Origin: a virus
DNA: 64,000 nucleotides
Strand: one strand, 5' to 3'
IMG/VR virus record: IMGVR_UViG_3300025122_000005
Location: 64,001-128,000 of that record
Shown here: positions 17,459 through 26,021 of the stretch, piece by piece
Layout of the letters: every line of letters begins with the position of its first letter
How positions within the stretch are numbered: the stretch's first letter is position 1
The notes under the pieces: model-generated
Told to the model about the DNA's origin: nothing
Database searches by the model: none
What the model saw: only the letters and a program-made list of their open reading frames with translations
Position numbers and translations under genes: made by a program

Positions 17459-18118
17459 ATGAAACTTATAATGGAAAGTTGGCGGCAGTATTTAAATGAA
17501 TCACCGGACAAGACTTATTACTGGCAGACTAGAGGTCCATGGAAAAGCGAAAGTCAAATTGAATTTGGCGTTACCCATGTTCCCAAAGCGCGACCTAGAC
17601 CTCAAACCAGAATTGAACAAATATTCGAGGAAGTTAGAAAAAATCAATTTCCTAGTAGACCATCCCGTTTGAACTGCGTTTATTTGTGTGAGAACCTTAA
17701 AGGTTGGGAAGGGAAAAGCTTCTGTAGTTATCCCCCTCACAGTGATGGTGAAACCTACGAAGTAAAGCTTCGCGGAAACTATAACTTGTTTAAGACAAAT
17801 TCAGAATATTGGACAGAGGCTGAGGTGGCGTACACTCGCAATAAAAGAGAAGATGATGTAGAAAGATGGGCAAAGTCATATTGGGGCGGCGGCGGAATGC
17901 CAACGTTTACAGAAATACTGGTCAGCCCACCCGAATCAGCGATAATCATTAGGAAATATGGAAAACCAGAAGAGGAAGATACAGATATCGACAACGATGG
18001 TGATACTGACATTGAAGATGTTTTAGCAGTTGCTCAAGCTGCTGCCACACAGGGCACAACCGAAGGAGGCAAGTGGAGTAAGTTTTATCCGAGACAAAAG
18101 GTTGACATTTACTTCTAA
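17459..18118 (+). CDS. DUF2441-like (ADP-ribosyltransferase fold) protein with MKLIMESW leader
   Basis: EQIFEEVRKNQFPSRPSRLNCVYLC ... YEV ... KSYW ... EILV. Confidence 0.55.
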   Translation: MKLIMESWRQYLNESPDKTYYWQTRGPWKSESQIEFGVTHVPKARPRPQTRIEQIFEEVRKNQFPSRPSRLNCVYLCENLKGWEGKSFCSYPPHSDGETYEVKLRGNYNLFKTNSEYWTEAEVAYTRNKREDDVERWAKSYWGGGGMPTFTEILVSPPESAIIIRKYGKPEEEDTDIDNDGDTDIEDVLAVAQAAATQGTTEGGKWSKFYPRQKVDIYF

Positions 18119-18130
18119 ATGGAGTATAAT
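18102..18130 (+). promoter_or_regulatory. Perfect-consensus sigma70 promoter
   Basis: TTGACA-17 nt-TATAAT. Confidence 0.85.
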
Positions 18131-18171
18131 TGTCTCATTTGAATCCTCGCCAAACAAAGAAGGAGAAGAAA

Positions 18172-18453
18172 GTGACTAACATGTTTGACCCATACAAGTA
18201 TCCAAACTGTATCGATCTAGACGTAAAGTGCGAACACGAGTTCCTGACAATTCGAGAAAACTATTCACGAACGGATTGGGTTCCAGAGGCGTATCACGGA
18301 CAGAAGGGAAAGGTGATCAAATCAGTATTTCCAAAGGCGTTCATTACGGGATCGGCATCATTCCTCTTAGAATTTGAGAACGAGGAGAGGATGTGGATAT
18401 CAAGCCTATCAGTTCAGGAATACATGTTTCCGTGGGAGAAAAAAAGAAAATGA
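18172..18453 (+). CDS. Small hypothetical protein, probably early-expressed
   Basis: AGGAG RBS before GTG 18172; downstream of consensus promoter. Confidence 0.55.
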   Translation: MTNMFDPYKYPNCIDLDVKCEHEFLTIRENYSRTDWVPEAYHGQKGKVIKSVFPKAFITGSASFLLEFENEERMWISSLSVQEYMFPWEKKRK

Positions 18454-18479
18454 CTCCCGCCACCTCCACCAACTTTTCT
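18452..18479 (+). repeat. Orphan tmRNA 3'-end fragment (att-like)
   Basis: gact-cccgccacctccaccaacttttct; 24 bp (18456..18479) identical to 17404..17427. Confidence 0.9.
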
Positions 18480-18501
18480 CTTTTTGGAGACTATTTAATA
18501 T

Positions 18502-19131
18502 ATGAAACTCATAATGGAAAATTGGAGAAGCTTTTTAACCGACGGCATCGCAACAGATCCTCGTATCCAAACAGCCATAGATAATCTTTTCGAAATGAGA
18601 AAGTTGGGAATCCACCTACAGCAATTCAATGAGGACGTTACAGTAAAATATATTCACCTCGAAGGAAGGGAGCGGGGATTTATATCTCCGGTTGAAGGAT
18701 ATATTAATATTGAAAAAAGAAAATACTATGCTGGACAATGTTTAGACGGCTGGACAGTAGAAAGGGCATTTGTTGAAAAAGGTTGGGGTCCGCTATTATA
18801 CGAGATCGCGATTGAATGGGCATCCAGAAACGGCGGAGGATTAACTCCTGACAGGCAGTCAGTTTCCGATGATGCAAAAAAGGTTTGGTATAAATATGAA
18901 TCTAGATCGGACATAATAAAAACACAACTTGATGCCCGTAAGGATGACGGATTAAAACAACTGACACCAGATGATCCGTCTGACGATTGCAACCAATATA
19001 TGTCCGTTCAAGATGTATATCCAGATGATTGGACGACTTCTCCATTATCTAAAATGTACAGCAAAAATAATCTAGAAGTAATAACACATTTGTTAATATC
19101 AAAGAAATTAATATTTAATGATAAGAGGTAA
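18502..19131 (+). CDS. GNAT-like protein with MKLIMENW leader
   Basis: VERAFVEKGWGPLLYEIAIEW (motif A-like) ... SVSDDAKKVW. Confidence 0.55.
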   Translation: MKLIMENWRSFLTDGIATDPRIQTAIDNLFEMRKLGIHLQQFNEDVTVKYIHLEGRERGFISPVEGYINIEKRKYYAGQCLDGWTVERAFVEKGWGPLLYEIAIEWASRNGGGLTPDRQSVSDDAKKVWYKYESRSDIIKTQLDARKDDGLKQLTPDDPSDDCNQYMSVQDVYPDDWTTSPLSKMYSKNNLEVITHLLISKKLIFNDKR

Positions 19132-19137
19132 TATATT

Positions 19138-19803
19138 ATGAAACTCATAATGGAAAACTGGCGACATCACTTAAAAGAACAAGGCGATTCTTTTAAATGC
19201 CCTCACGGAATGTTCGTTTCTGTAATGCTGCCACCCACTAAGCGTGAAATTGTTATACTGCCAACTAATAACGAAGGTCCGACTGCTTTTTACAGAAGCA
19301 CCGGATCCGGAACTGCAGGAAGAAATACAGAAGATATGTGGTTACCTATGGGTGGAGTTGGACAACATAATGGCGATCCTTGGATCATAAAACTACCTTC
19401 TAGTCACCCACAAGCGAAAGGCTCTAAATTCCCCAAAGAAGAATCAGAGTTTTGGAAAATTGGAAAGGAACTGGCTCGCTGTTACGAAAGAAACCCGTTC
19501 AAGTCCAAGGATTGGACAGGATATCTTACAAAATTTGAACTCCCTTCCTATGAACAGGTGGAGGAATACGCAGGTATTTTCCGAATTACTTATGGCGCAA
19601 TGATTGTCAACCACTGGTTGAATAGTAAGGGTGCGCTAAAAACAGATTGGCAGTCTGGAGGGATATACGGGTCTGTTAACCATCCGGTATCTGGGGTGGA
19701 AAAAGGCTCTGGATATACCACTGACCTCGCAGGGTTAACTGTAAGAGATATTCACAGTATGGTATGGAAAAATTCGCAAGAACAAGGCACACACAACATA
19801 TGA
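19138..19803 (+). CDS. Hypothetical protein with MKLIMENW leader
   Basis: 221-aa ORF; leader motif. Confidence 0.65.
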   Translation: MKLIMENWRHHLKEQGDSFKCPHGMFVSVMLPPTKREIVILPTNNEGPTAFYRSTGSGTAGRNTEDMWLPMGGVGQHNGDPWIIKLPSSHPQAKGSKFPKEESEFWKIGKELARCYERNPFKSKDWTGYLTKFELPSYEQVEEYAGIFRITYGAMIVNHWLNSKGALKTDWQSGGIYGSVNHPVSGVEKGSGYTTDLAGLTVRDIHSMVWKNSQEQGTHNI

Positions 19804-20354
19804 AACTAATAATTGAAAATTGGAGGTCCTTTTTGGAAGAAGCAAGAATCCCCTTGCCAAAACTGACACCACCAGACCCTCTCCCCAAACCAATCCCCGG
19901 ACGTCCAGATATGCCTGGCAGAAAACCGTCACACCAAAGCGACCATCCAGAACAAAGTGGCAAGCCAAAGACAGTGAAAATAGACGTTGACCCCGAAAAC
20001 CCAGATATTACAAGGGCACTTGAAATCGCAGATTCTGATTTGCCAGTAAGAAGGTTAAAGGGCGTAGAAGAATTGCTTGACATATTCAAAGAAGTACCTG
20101 AGAATAATCAATTGGCTCTATTTCAAACAGTGGGTTCCGTAATTGAAAAAGTAGAAAGCGACCCCGGAATTATTATATCTCCGAGATTACAATCTAAAAT
20201 AGATGATTTTAAGAGACTGAAAAAAGAAAGAGATGATTTAGAATCTTCTCCAACAGTGGCTCAGTATGCAAATACTCTGGACATGACGGAAACAATAGAA
20301 AATTTAGAATCAATATTGGAATCAATCTTAGGTGGAAAAGATCTTATAAAATAA
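19800..20354 (+). CDS. Pro-rich/coiled hypothetical protein with MKLIIENW leader
   Basis: ATGA overlap at 19800; leader motif defines the start. Confidence 0.65.
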   Translation: MKLIIENWRSFLEEARIPLPKLTPPDPLPKPIPGRPDMPGRKPSHQSDHPEQSGKPKTVKIDVDPENPDITRALEIADSDLPVRRLKGVEELLDIFKEVPENNQLALFQTVGSVIEKVESDPGIIISPRLQSKIDDFKRLKKERDDLESSPTVAQYANTLDMTETIENLESILESILGGKDLIK

Positions 20355-20383
20355 ACTACTTATAATTAAGAGAGGGTCCCTCT

Positions 20384-21799
20384 ATGTCCAAAAAGAAAGT
20401 TCAATTAAGTGATATAAATTGGGGTAATGCACAAACTGGATCTTTAGCCGGTCAAGAAAGTCATTTAGGTCTTAGCAGAGAAGGGATGATCATATTATCA
20501 TCTGTGGGCGGATCTAGCATTACTACACCGGCATCCAGCACAGATAATGCAATAGTTAGATTTAGCGGCACTGGTGGTTCGACTATTCAAGATTCTTCAG
20601 CAACGATAAGTGATGCTGGAATACTTTCTGCGTCCGCAATGACAGTAAGTAGTATTACAGTTGGTGCTTTATCTGGATCTGGTTTGATAAGAGGACACGC
20701 CCTTAGCGGTTCTAGTGTCACTGGGCACCTTGTTTCTGGATCTAGTGCTACATTTCACGAAGCAATAATAACCAGATTAAGTGCAAGTTCAATGCATATC
20801 GGAACAAATGACGCTGGTGCAGATAGACAAATAACTTTTGGAGACACCGGAACAGCAAAGACGGTCATCGGCGTCGATAACAGCTTAAACGAATTTGTTA
20901 TTTATCGTAATAAATCGTTAATTCCAAGCTCGCAGCCATCTGCCGGTCCCGACTTCACTATCCAAAGTAGCGAAGTTAACATAGGTAACGGCAACGCTTT
21001 GAGAATCGGTGGTGAAGCTTCAGCAACAGATGGAACAGATAGAATCATCAGTTTCAATCACGCCACCGCACCAACTTACATGGGCATAGATGACTCTCAG
21101 GATGCTTTTGTAATTTCGATTGGAGGAGCTTTTGCTTCTACAAACGCATTCGAGCTTCACACGTCTGGTGAGATACAACTTGGAAAAGGTAAGCTCCAAG
21201 TAGATGGCACTGGCGGCGGCTATACCAACGGGACTTATGGTGGGACTAACACACTAGGACTTTTCCATGATGCAAGTGATGGTAACAACGGCATAATGAT
21301 AACTAGGGTCGATCACTCAACAAGTGACGGCGATTTGCTGGGAGGCATCGGCTTTGATTCGACGGATTGGAAATCACCGAGTAGTATTTTGGAGGCATCA
21401 GCATTTATTGCAGCATATGCTGCAGAAGCTCATGGTGCTGAAGACAAGGGCGGTGATTTAGTATTTGGCACTTCGATGATTAATGATGACGATGATACTG
21501 CTTCTCATGAATGGATGAGAATAACTCACGAAGGAAGGGTTGGAATTGGTGTCTCTGGTTCTTCTGCGGGTACACCCGATAATAGGTTACATGTGTCTAG
21601 TCCAAATGGAACTGGAAAATCGACTATGAAGCTAGAACAACTAGACCCAGAAGAACCGTTTATTCATTTTTCAGGCAGTACAGCAAGTGACCAAACAAAG
21701 AGTCTTTCGACAGATACGTCCGTTGGAGCGTTGACTGGTCATGTTAGAGTTAGCATTAATGGAACCGATTATTGGATTCCTTATTATGCCGCTAATTAA
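20384..21799 (+). CDS. Tail-fibre/virion structural protein
   Basis: Ser/Gly/Thr-rich, SGS repeats, MRITHEGRVGIG fibre-type repeat, C-terminal GHVRVSINGTDYWIPYY. Confidence 0.6.
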   Translation: MSKKKVQLSDINWGNAQTGSLAGQESHLGLSREGMIILSSVGGSSITTPASSTDNAIVRFSGTGGSTIQDSSATISDAGILSASAMTVSSITVGALSGSGLIRGHALSGSSVTGHLVSGSSATFHEAIITRLSASSMHIGTNDAGADRQITFGDTGTAKTVIGVDNSLNEFVIYRNKSLIPSSQPSAGPDFTIQSSEVNIGNGNALRIGGEASATDGTDRIISFNHATAPTYMGIDDSQDAFVISIGGAFASTNAFELHTSGEIQLGKGKLQVDGTGGGYTNGTYGGTNTLGLFHDASDGNNGIMITRVDHSTSDGDLLGGIGFDSTDWKSPSSILEASAFIAAYAAEAHGAEDKGGDLVFGTSMINDDDDTASHEWMRITHEGRVGIGVSGSSAGTPDNRLHVSSPNGTGKSTMKLEQLDPEEPFIHFSGSTASDQTKSLSTDTSVGALTGHVRVSINGTDYWIPYYAAN

Positions 21800-21816
21800 A
21801 TTAGGAGAATATAAAA

Positions 21817-22647
21817 ATGAAAGTATGGATTCACGAAAAAGGACACAAAGGGCAGGAAGTTAGAAGAATACAAAAATCAATCGGAGGTTTAGTTGTAGAC
21901 GGCGATTATGGAAAAAAGACAGTACAGGCAGTAAAAGACTATCAGTCTGATAACTCTTTGTCAGTAGATGGCAGAGTTGGTCCTGAGACTAGAACATCTT
22001 TGGGAATAGAAATTTATCCAGGTATTGATGTTAGCCATCACCAAGGTATGATTGATTGGGACACTGTAAAAACAACAGGGTTAGCGGATTTCTGTTGGGT
22101 AAAAGCGACAGAGGGAAACACTTATCTAGATCCGAAGGCGAAGAGAAACATATCGGAGTGCCGACGAGTGGGTATACCGGTTGGTGCCTATCATTTCGCC
22201 CGGCCGGATCTTCATTTGGACCCTTATAAAGAGGTTAAAAATTTTGCCAAACATTGCCCTACAGATGTGGGAGATTTAAGACCAGTTTTGGATTTTGAAA
22301 GAAATGGAGACCACGATGCCGCGTCTATCCACAATTGGGTAGTTGAGTTTTTAAAAGAAATAGAAAAGGAAACAGGCATACGTCCAGTGATTTATACTGG
22401 AGGGAACATGGTCAAATATGGATTAAATAAGAACACTTCAATTTTAGATACGTATACATTGTGGCACGCTGCTTATAGTAGAAAATCTAGAGTAACCGGA
22501 ATAAAAAAGGATAGATTAGGGTCTTGGAAAGAGTGGAGAGTTTGGCAATGGACAGGGTATGAACAGATTGACGGAGTATCTGGCGATATTGATAGAAATT
22601 GGCTCGTCGGCGGACAATCTGGCTTTGATGAAATTTTAATTAAATAA
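21817..22647 (+). CDS. Endolysin: peptidoglycan-binding domain + GH25 muramidase
   Basis: VDGDYGKKTVQAVKDYQ..DGRVGPET; GIDVSHHQG, KATEG, AYHFA, LDFE, WQWT, DIDRN. Confidence 0.92.
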   Translation: MKVWIHEKGHKGQEVRRIQKSIGGLVVDGDYGKKTVQAVKDYQSDNSLSVDGRVGPETRTSLGIEIYPGIDVSHHQGMIDWDTVKTTGLADFCWVKATEGNTYLDPKAKRNISECRRVGIPVGAYHFARPDLHLDPYKEVKNFAKHCPTDVGDLRPVLDFERNGDHDAASIHNWVVEFLKEIEKETGIRPVIYTGGNMVKYGLNKNTSILDTYTLWHAAYSRKSRVTGIKKDRLGSWKEWRVWQWTGYEQIDGVSGDIDRNWLVGGQSGFDEILIK

Positions 22648-22652
22648 AGTTC

Positions 22653-22681
22653 TTGACTTAATTAATTTATGATGGTATTAT
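22653..22681 (+). promoter_or_regulatory. Sigma70-type promoter
   Basis: TTGACT-17 nt-TATTAT. Confidence 0.65.
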
Positions 22682-22700
22682 TACGTTTGAGGTAATAAAA

Positions 22701-22871
22701 ATGTCTAATTACGTAATTACTTTTTATAATAGAGAGAAAAAAGAATGGAGGTCTCAAGATGTTATGAGGCTGACCTTTTCTGAGGCTGTGATGTTTGCAA
22801 ACAAGCAAAGAAATAACATGGGATTTGATTGGGAGATTTCTTGTGTGGCGAAAACAAACAAGGATAAATAA
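22701..22871 (+). CDS. 56-aa hypothetical protein (MSNYVITFYNREKKEWRSQDVMRL...)
   Basis: GAGG RBS, downstream of promoter; not in ORF track. Confidence 0.55.
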   Translation: MSNYVITFYNREKKEWRSQDVMRLTFSEAVMFANKQRNNMGFDWEISCVAKTNKDK

Positions 22872-22899
22872 GCTAATTTAATGAGCGGAAGTGTTATAA

Positions 22900-23514
22900 A
22901 TGATTCGTATTATAGGCAAAATACCTCCAAAAGTGACCGTTGCGTGTTCTGGAGGAGTCGACTCAATGTCGGTAGTGCGCTTTCTTTTGAATGGGAAAAG
23001 AAAGGTGCGGCTTGCTTATTTTAATCACGATACCTCCCACTCAAAAGAATCAGAACACTTTGTTAGAAGCTTTGCAGCAAAAAATAAACTAATATTAACA
23101 GTTGGGAGAGTTAAAGGAATAAAGGAAAGGTCTTCTTCTTTAGAAGAATTCTGGAGAAAAGAAAGATATAATTTTCTAGACTCATTGAATGAGAGGAATG
23201 TTATAACATGCCATCATTTAGATGATGTTGTTGAGACATGGTTGTTTAGTTCTTTTCACGGTAATCCAAAAATGATACCATACAAAAGAGGGGACAGGAT
23301 CTATAGACCATTCCTTATGACTGAAAAGAAGGAAATACTAAATTATGCGGAAAGACAAGATGTTGAGTGGATCGAAGACCCGTCGAATCGTATGACAAAA
23401 AATATAATGAGAAACCACATTAGGCATAATGTCATGCCGGAAGTGTTAAAAGTAAATCCTGGCATAAGAAAGACAATTCGTAAAAAATTAATTGAAATTT
23501 ATAAAGATTATTGA
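22900..23514 (+). CDS. tilS: tRNA(Ile)-lysidine synthetase, minimal catalytic-domain form
   Basis: VACSGGVDSM PP-loop, YFNH, RKERY, TCHHLDDVVET, IYRPFL, EDPSN, RNHIRH. Confidence 0.88.
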   Translation: MIRIIGKIPPKVTVACSGGVDSMSVVRFLLNGKRKVRLAYFNHDTSHSKESEHFVRSFAAKNKLILTVGRVKGIKERSSSLEEFWRKERYNFLDSLNERNVITCHHLDDVVETWLFSSFHGNPKMIPYKRGDRIYRPFLMTEKKEILNYAERQDVEWIEDPSNRMTKNIMRNHIRHNVMPEVLKVNPGIRKTIRKKLIEIYKDY

Positions 23515-23521
23515 GTATAAT
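23492..23521 (+). promoter_or_regulatory. Possible sigma70 promoter for the tRNA
   Basis: TTGAAA-18 nt-TATAAT just upstream of the tRNA. Confidence 0.4.
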
Positions 23522-23530
23522 GATAAATAC

Positions 23531-23604
23531 GGGCCTCTAGCTCAATAGGTTAGAGCATCCGGCTCATAACCGGCAGGTTCTCGGTTCAAGTCCGAGGTGG
23601 CCCA
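23531..23604 (+). tRNA. tRNA with CAU anticodon, most likely tRNA-Ile2 (lysidine substrate); CCA not encoded
   Basis: Cloverleaf GGGCCTC/GTGGCCC, GCTC/GAGC, CCGG-CTCATAA-CCGG, CTCGG-TTCAAGT-CCGAG; G1-C72, C4-G69, C5-G68; adjacent to tilS. Confidence 0.9.
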
Positions 23605-23621
23605 CTAAAATAGGAGAAACG

Positions 23622-24251
23622 ATGAGAAGTTATCAATGGGGTCTAGAAGAAGAAAAGGGAGAAGTCATAAAGAAGGTTTCTTCGCCGAAGGAAAATAACG
23701 ACAGCGATGACTTTAATGTTGTCGAATATTCAGGAAATAATATTTTCTTTTATTCTTCTGTCAATCGTCCGAAGATATTAAAGTTAAATAAGGCGATAAC
23801 AAATTTGGGGAATAATTTAGCAACTCGTGCGTTTGTATATCAATCAGAAAAAGCAGATTCTATAAGGCTCCACATCAACAGTTATGGTGGTAGTGTTTTT
23901 GCTGGATTATCTGCCGTTGATTACATATTGACATCGAAAGTTCCTGTAGAAACGATCATTGAAGGGTGCGCAGCAAGTGCCGCAACTCTAATAAGTGTCG
24001 TGGGCAGTAAAAGATATATGCATCGTAACGCATGTATGCTAGTACATCAGTTGTCCGGACACTTATGGGGCAAGTTTCAGGATATGCAAGATGACATGCA
24101 GAATTCTGAAATGTTAATGAAAAAGATAAAAAATATTTATAGACAATACACTAAGATACCAGAAGAAAAGATGGATGAAATTTTAAAACATGATATATGG
24201 TGGGATTCAGAACAATGTTTAGAATACGGTCTTATAGACGAGATTATTTAG
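23622..24251 (+). CDS. clpP: ClpP-family protease
   Basis: LHINSYGGSV, AASAAT (Ser), VHQ (His), DIWWDSEQCLEYGLIDEII. Confidence 0.88.
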   Translation: MRSYQWGLEEEKGEVIKKVSSPKENNDSDDFNVVEYSGNNIFFYSSVNRPKILKLNKAITNLGNNLATRAFVYQSEKADSIRLHINSYGGSVFAGLSAVDYILTSKVPVETIIEGCAASAATLISVVGSKRYMHRNACMLVHQLSGHLWGKFQDMQDDMQNSEMLMKKIKNIYRQYTKIPEEKMDEILKHDIWWDSEQCLEYGLIDEII

Positions 24252-24268
24252 AACGAGAAAAAGCATAA

Positions 24269-24457
24269 ATGCCTATTTATAGATATAAGTGTACGAATTG
24301 TGAACATGAATTTGAATCTTTGCAGACAATGAAGGAGGAGCCTTTAAGAAAGTGTATTAAGTGTTTACACGACGATACTCTGGAGAAATGCATAAGTATT
24401 ACAAGCTTTCGCTTGTTGGGAAAAGGATGGTTTAAAGATGACTACAATAAAAAATAG
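24269..24457 (+). CDS. FmdB-family zinc-ribbon protein
   Basis: MPIYRYKCTNCEHEFE...CIKC...FRLLGKGWFKDDY. Confidence 0.85.
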   Translation: MPIYRYKCTNCEHEFESLQTMKEEPLRKCIKCLHDDTLEKCISITSFRLLGKGWFKDDYNKK

Positions 24458-24749
24458 ATCGATAACTTCTAGCGAATCATTAAAATTCTTAAAAGAAAAG
24501 CTTAGTGATTTAAAATACCTAGGGGTTAAGTGGGACAATCACAAGAAGACTCCCAGAACGAGGGACACATATCAAGTAACTATAGACAAAATTTCTGACG
24601 CTGCCATCGGGCGTTTAATCGAAAGTGATCATATAAAAGACGTTTATTATAATCCATCTATGGCACCTCAAGGATCGGGATATGGAATAGATCTTAGATA
24701 TCGCCTGTATGTGTGTTACGAAAAGATTCCAATTAAAGGTATAAAATAA
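24438..24749 (+). CDS. Hypothetical protein
   Basis: 103-aa ORF. Confidence 0.55.
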   Translation: MTTIKNRSITSSESLKFLKEKLSDLKYLGVKWDNHKKTPRTRDTYQVTIDKISDAAIGRLIESDHIKDVYYNPSMAPQGSGYGIDLRYRLYVCYEKIPIKGIK

Positions 24750-24750
24750 T

Positions 24751-24918
24751 ATGAAAGATAGAAGAAAAAGAATTGAGTTTCTTAAAATTGAAATAGAGAA
24801 ATTAGAATTAGAAATTACCAATGCAGAAAGTTTTGGTAAAATGCACTTTGCGTCTAGGTTGCGCCTCATTCAAGAAAGAAAAAATAACATTTTAAATTCT
24901 TGGATTTTAAATTCCTAA
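24751..24918 (+). CDS. 55-aa coiled-coil hypothetical protein (MKDRRKRIEFLKIEIEKLE...)
   Basis: Fills gap up to the convergent gene; not in ORF track. Confidence 0.5.
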   Translation: MKDRRKRIEFLKIEIEKLELEITNAESFGKMHFASRLRLIQERKNNILNSWILNS

Positions 24919-25712
24919 AGATCCATTTTTAAAAATTTTTTAAATCCTTTATTTATAAAGTCTGCCGTTGCTTTATAACTAGAAGATAGTGTAACAATGT
25001 TAAACCTTGGATGCGTTGCAAAAAGAATTCCAATCAATCTCATTTGGCTATTAAAAATACCACTTCCGGAGCTGCCGCCGACAGCTGGTAACGTGACCAT
25101 TGCATTATCTGATTCTGGTATTGGACCGCTATATCTTCCTTCAAATATGGGCATTGTTGGAGGATGAAAGATACCGGCCGGTGCCGAAAGGGCGAATACT
25201 TTATCTCCAACTTTTGGACCGGTTGTTGCAAGTAAGACACCTTTAGTATACAATCCTTTTGAGAACAGGAGACACAGATCTCTTTTATTCCCAACACCGT
25301 TAACTGAATATATAACTTTAGCACTTCTTAATTCATTATATATATTCCTAACGTGCATTGAGATTTGGTATTTTTTAATCTCTGCAGCTGCAGCGGCACT
25401 TAAAGAAGATTGGCAAACGTGCCCGGCAGTAAGCAGCAGGGATCCCTTTCTAGCTATCCCTATAGAAACGCCCGATCCAGCTGAGACAAAAGAGTCTCCT
25501 TTTTTGCATATAGTGTTGGTTTTTTTTCGACATTCTAAAACTTTTAGAGTTTTGTAAATTTTAACAAAAGCTTTTGTAGGAACAGCGACATGTCCAATTG
25601 TCTCTGTTTGAATTGTGGTTTCTTTATCTGTCGCATATCTCTCTATGAGGTCCTGTGATCCCCCACAAGATAAAAATAATATGGGGATCAACAACATCAG
25701 TCTATTTCGCAT
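24915..25712 (-). CDS. Trypsin-like (S1) serine protease, probable lipoprotein
   Basis: LFLSC lipobox-like; LTAGHVC (His), RDLCLL (Asp), GGSSGSG (Ser); the only convincing minus-strand gene. Confidence 0.85.
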   Translation of the reverse strand: MRNRLMLLIPILFLSCGGSQDLIERYATDKETTIQTETIGHVAVPTKAFVKIYKTLKVLECRKKTNTICKKGDSFVSAGSGVSIGIARKGSLLLTAGHVCQSSLSAAAAAEIKKYQISMHVRNIYNELRSAKVIYSVNGVGNKRDLCLLFSKGLYTKGVLLATTGPKVGDKVFALSAPAGIFHPPTMPIFEGRYSGPIPESDNAMVTLPAVGGSSGSGIFNSQMRLIGILFATHPRFNIVTLSSSYKATADFINKGFKKFLKMDL

Positions 25713-25776
25713 ATTGTCTCCTATATATTAAGTATAAATAAAAGAATATTTTTTTTTAATTAAAAAGGAAAACACA

Positions 25777-26007
25777 ATGAAAGAGTACGCTATAGCTGTT
25801 ATTTTAATGTCATCGCCCCCGGTGGTGAGCAATACGAACGAACAACTCGTCTTAGACGGCAAGAATCAAGAGTCAGTTGTTTCAAAATATATGAAGCCAA
25901 TATCTTCGTATCAAAAAATCAACCCAGGAAAAAGAAGTCAAAGTGCCGCGTTTTCTAACTTTACTTACACTACTCTCCCTACTAGTTGGGTAAAAGTTAA
26001 GAGATAG
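25777..26007 (+). CDS. Hypothetical protein
   Basis: 76-aa ORF with AAGGA RBS. Confidence 0.45.
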   Translation: MKEYAIAVILMSSPPVVSNTNEQLVLDGKNQESVVSKYMKPISSYQKINPGKRSQSAAFSNFTYTTLPTSWVKVKR

Positions 26008-26021
26008 CATATTTATTATAG

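Noticed and set aside
15704-18479. CRISPR array formed by the tmRNA-related repeats
   Set aside because: Only pairs of repeats about 1 kb apart, separated by whole genes
23531-23604. Initiator tRNA-fMet
   Set aside because: G1-C72 is paired and the anticodon stem lacks the three consecutive G-C pairs; elongator Met is not fully excluded, but sequence and tilS adjacency favour Ile2
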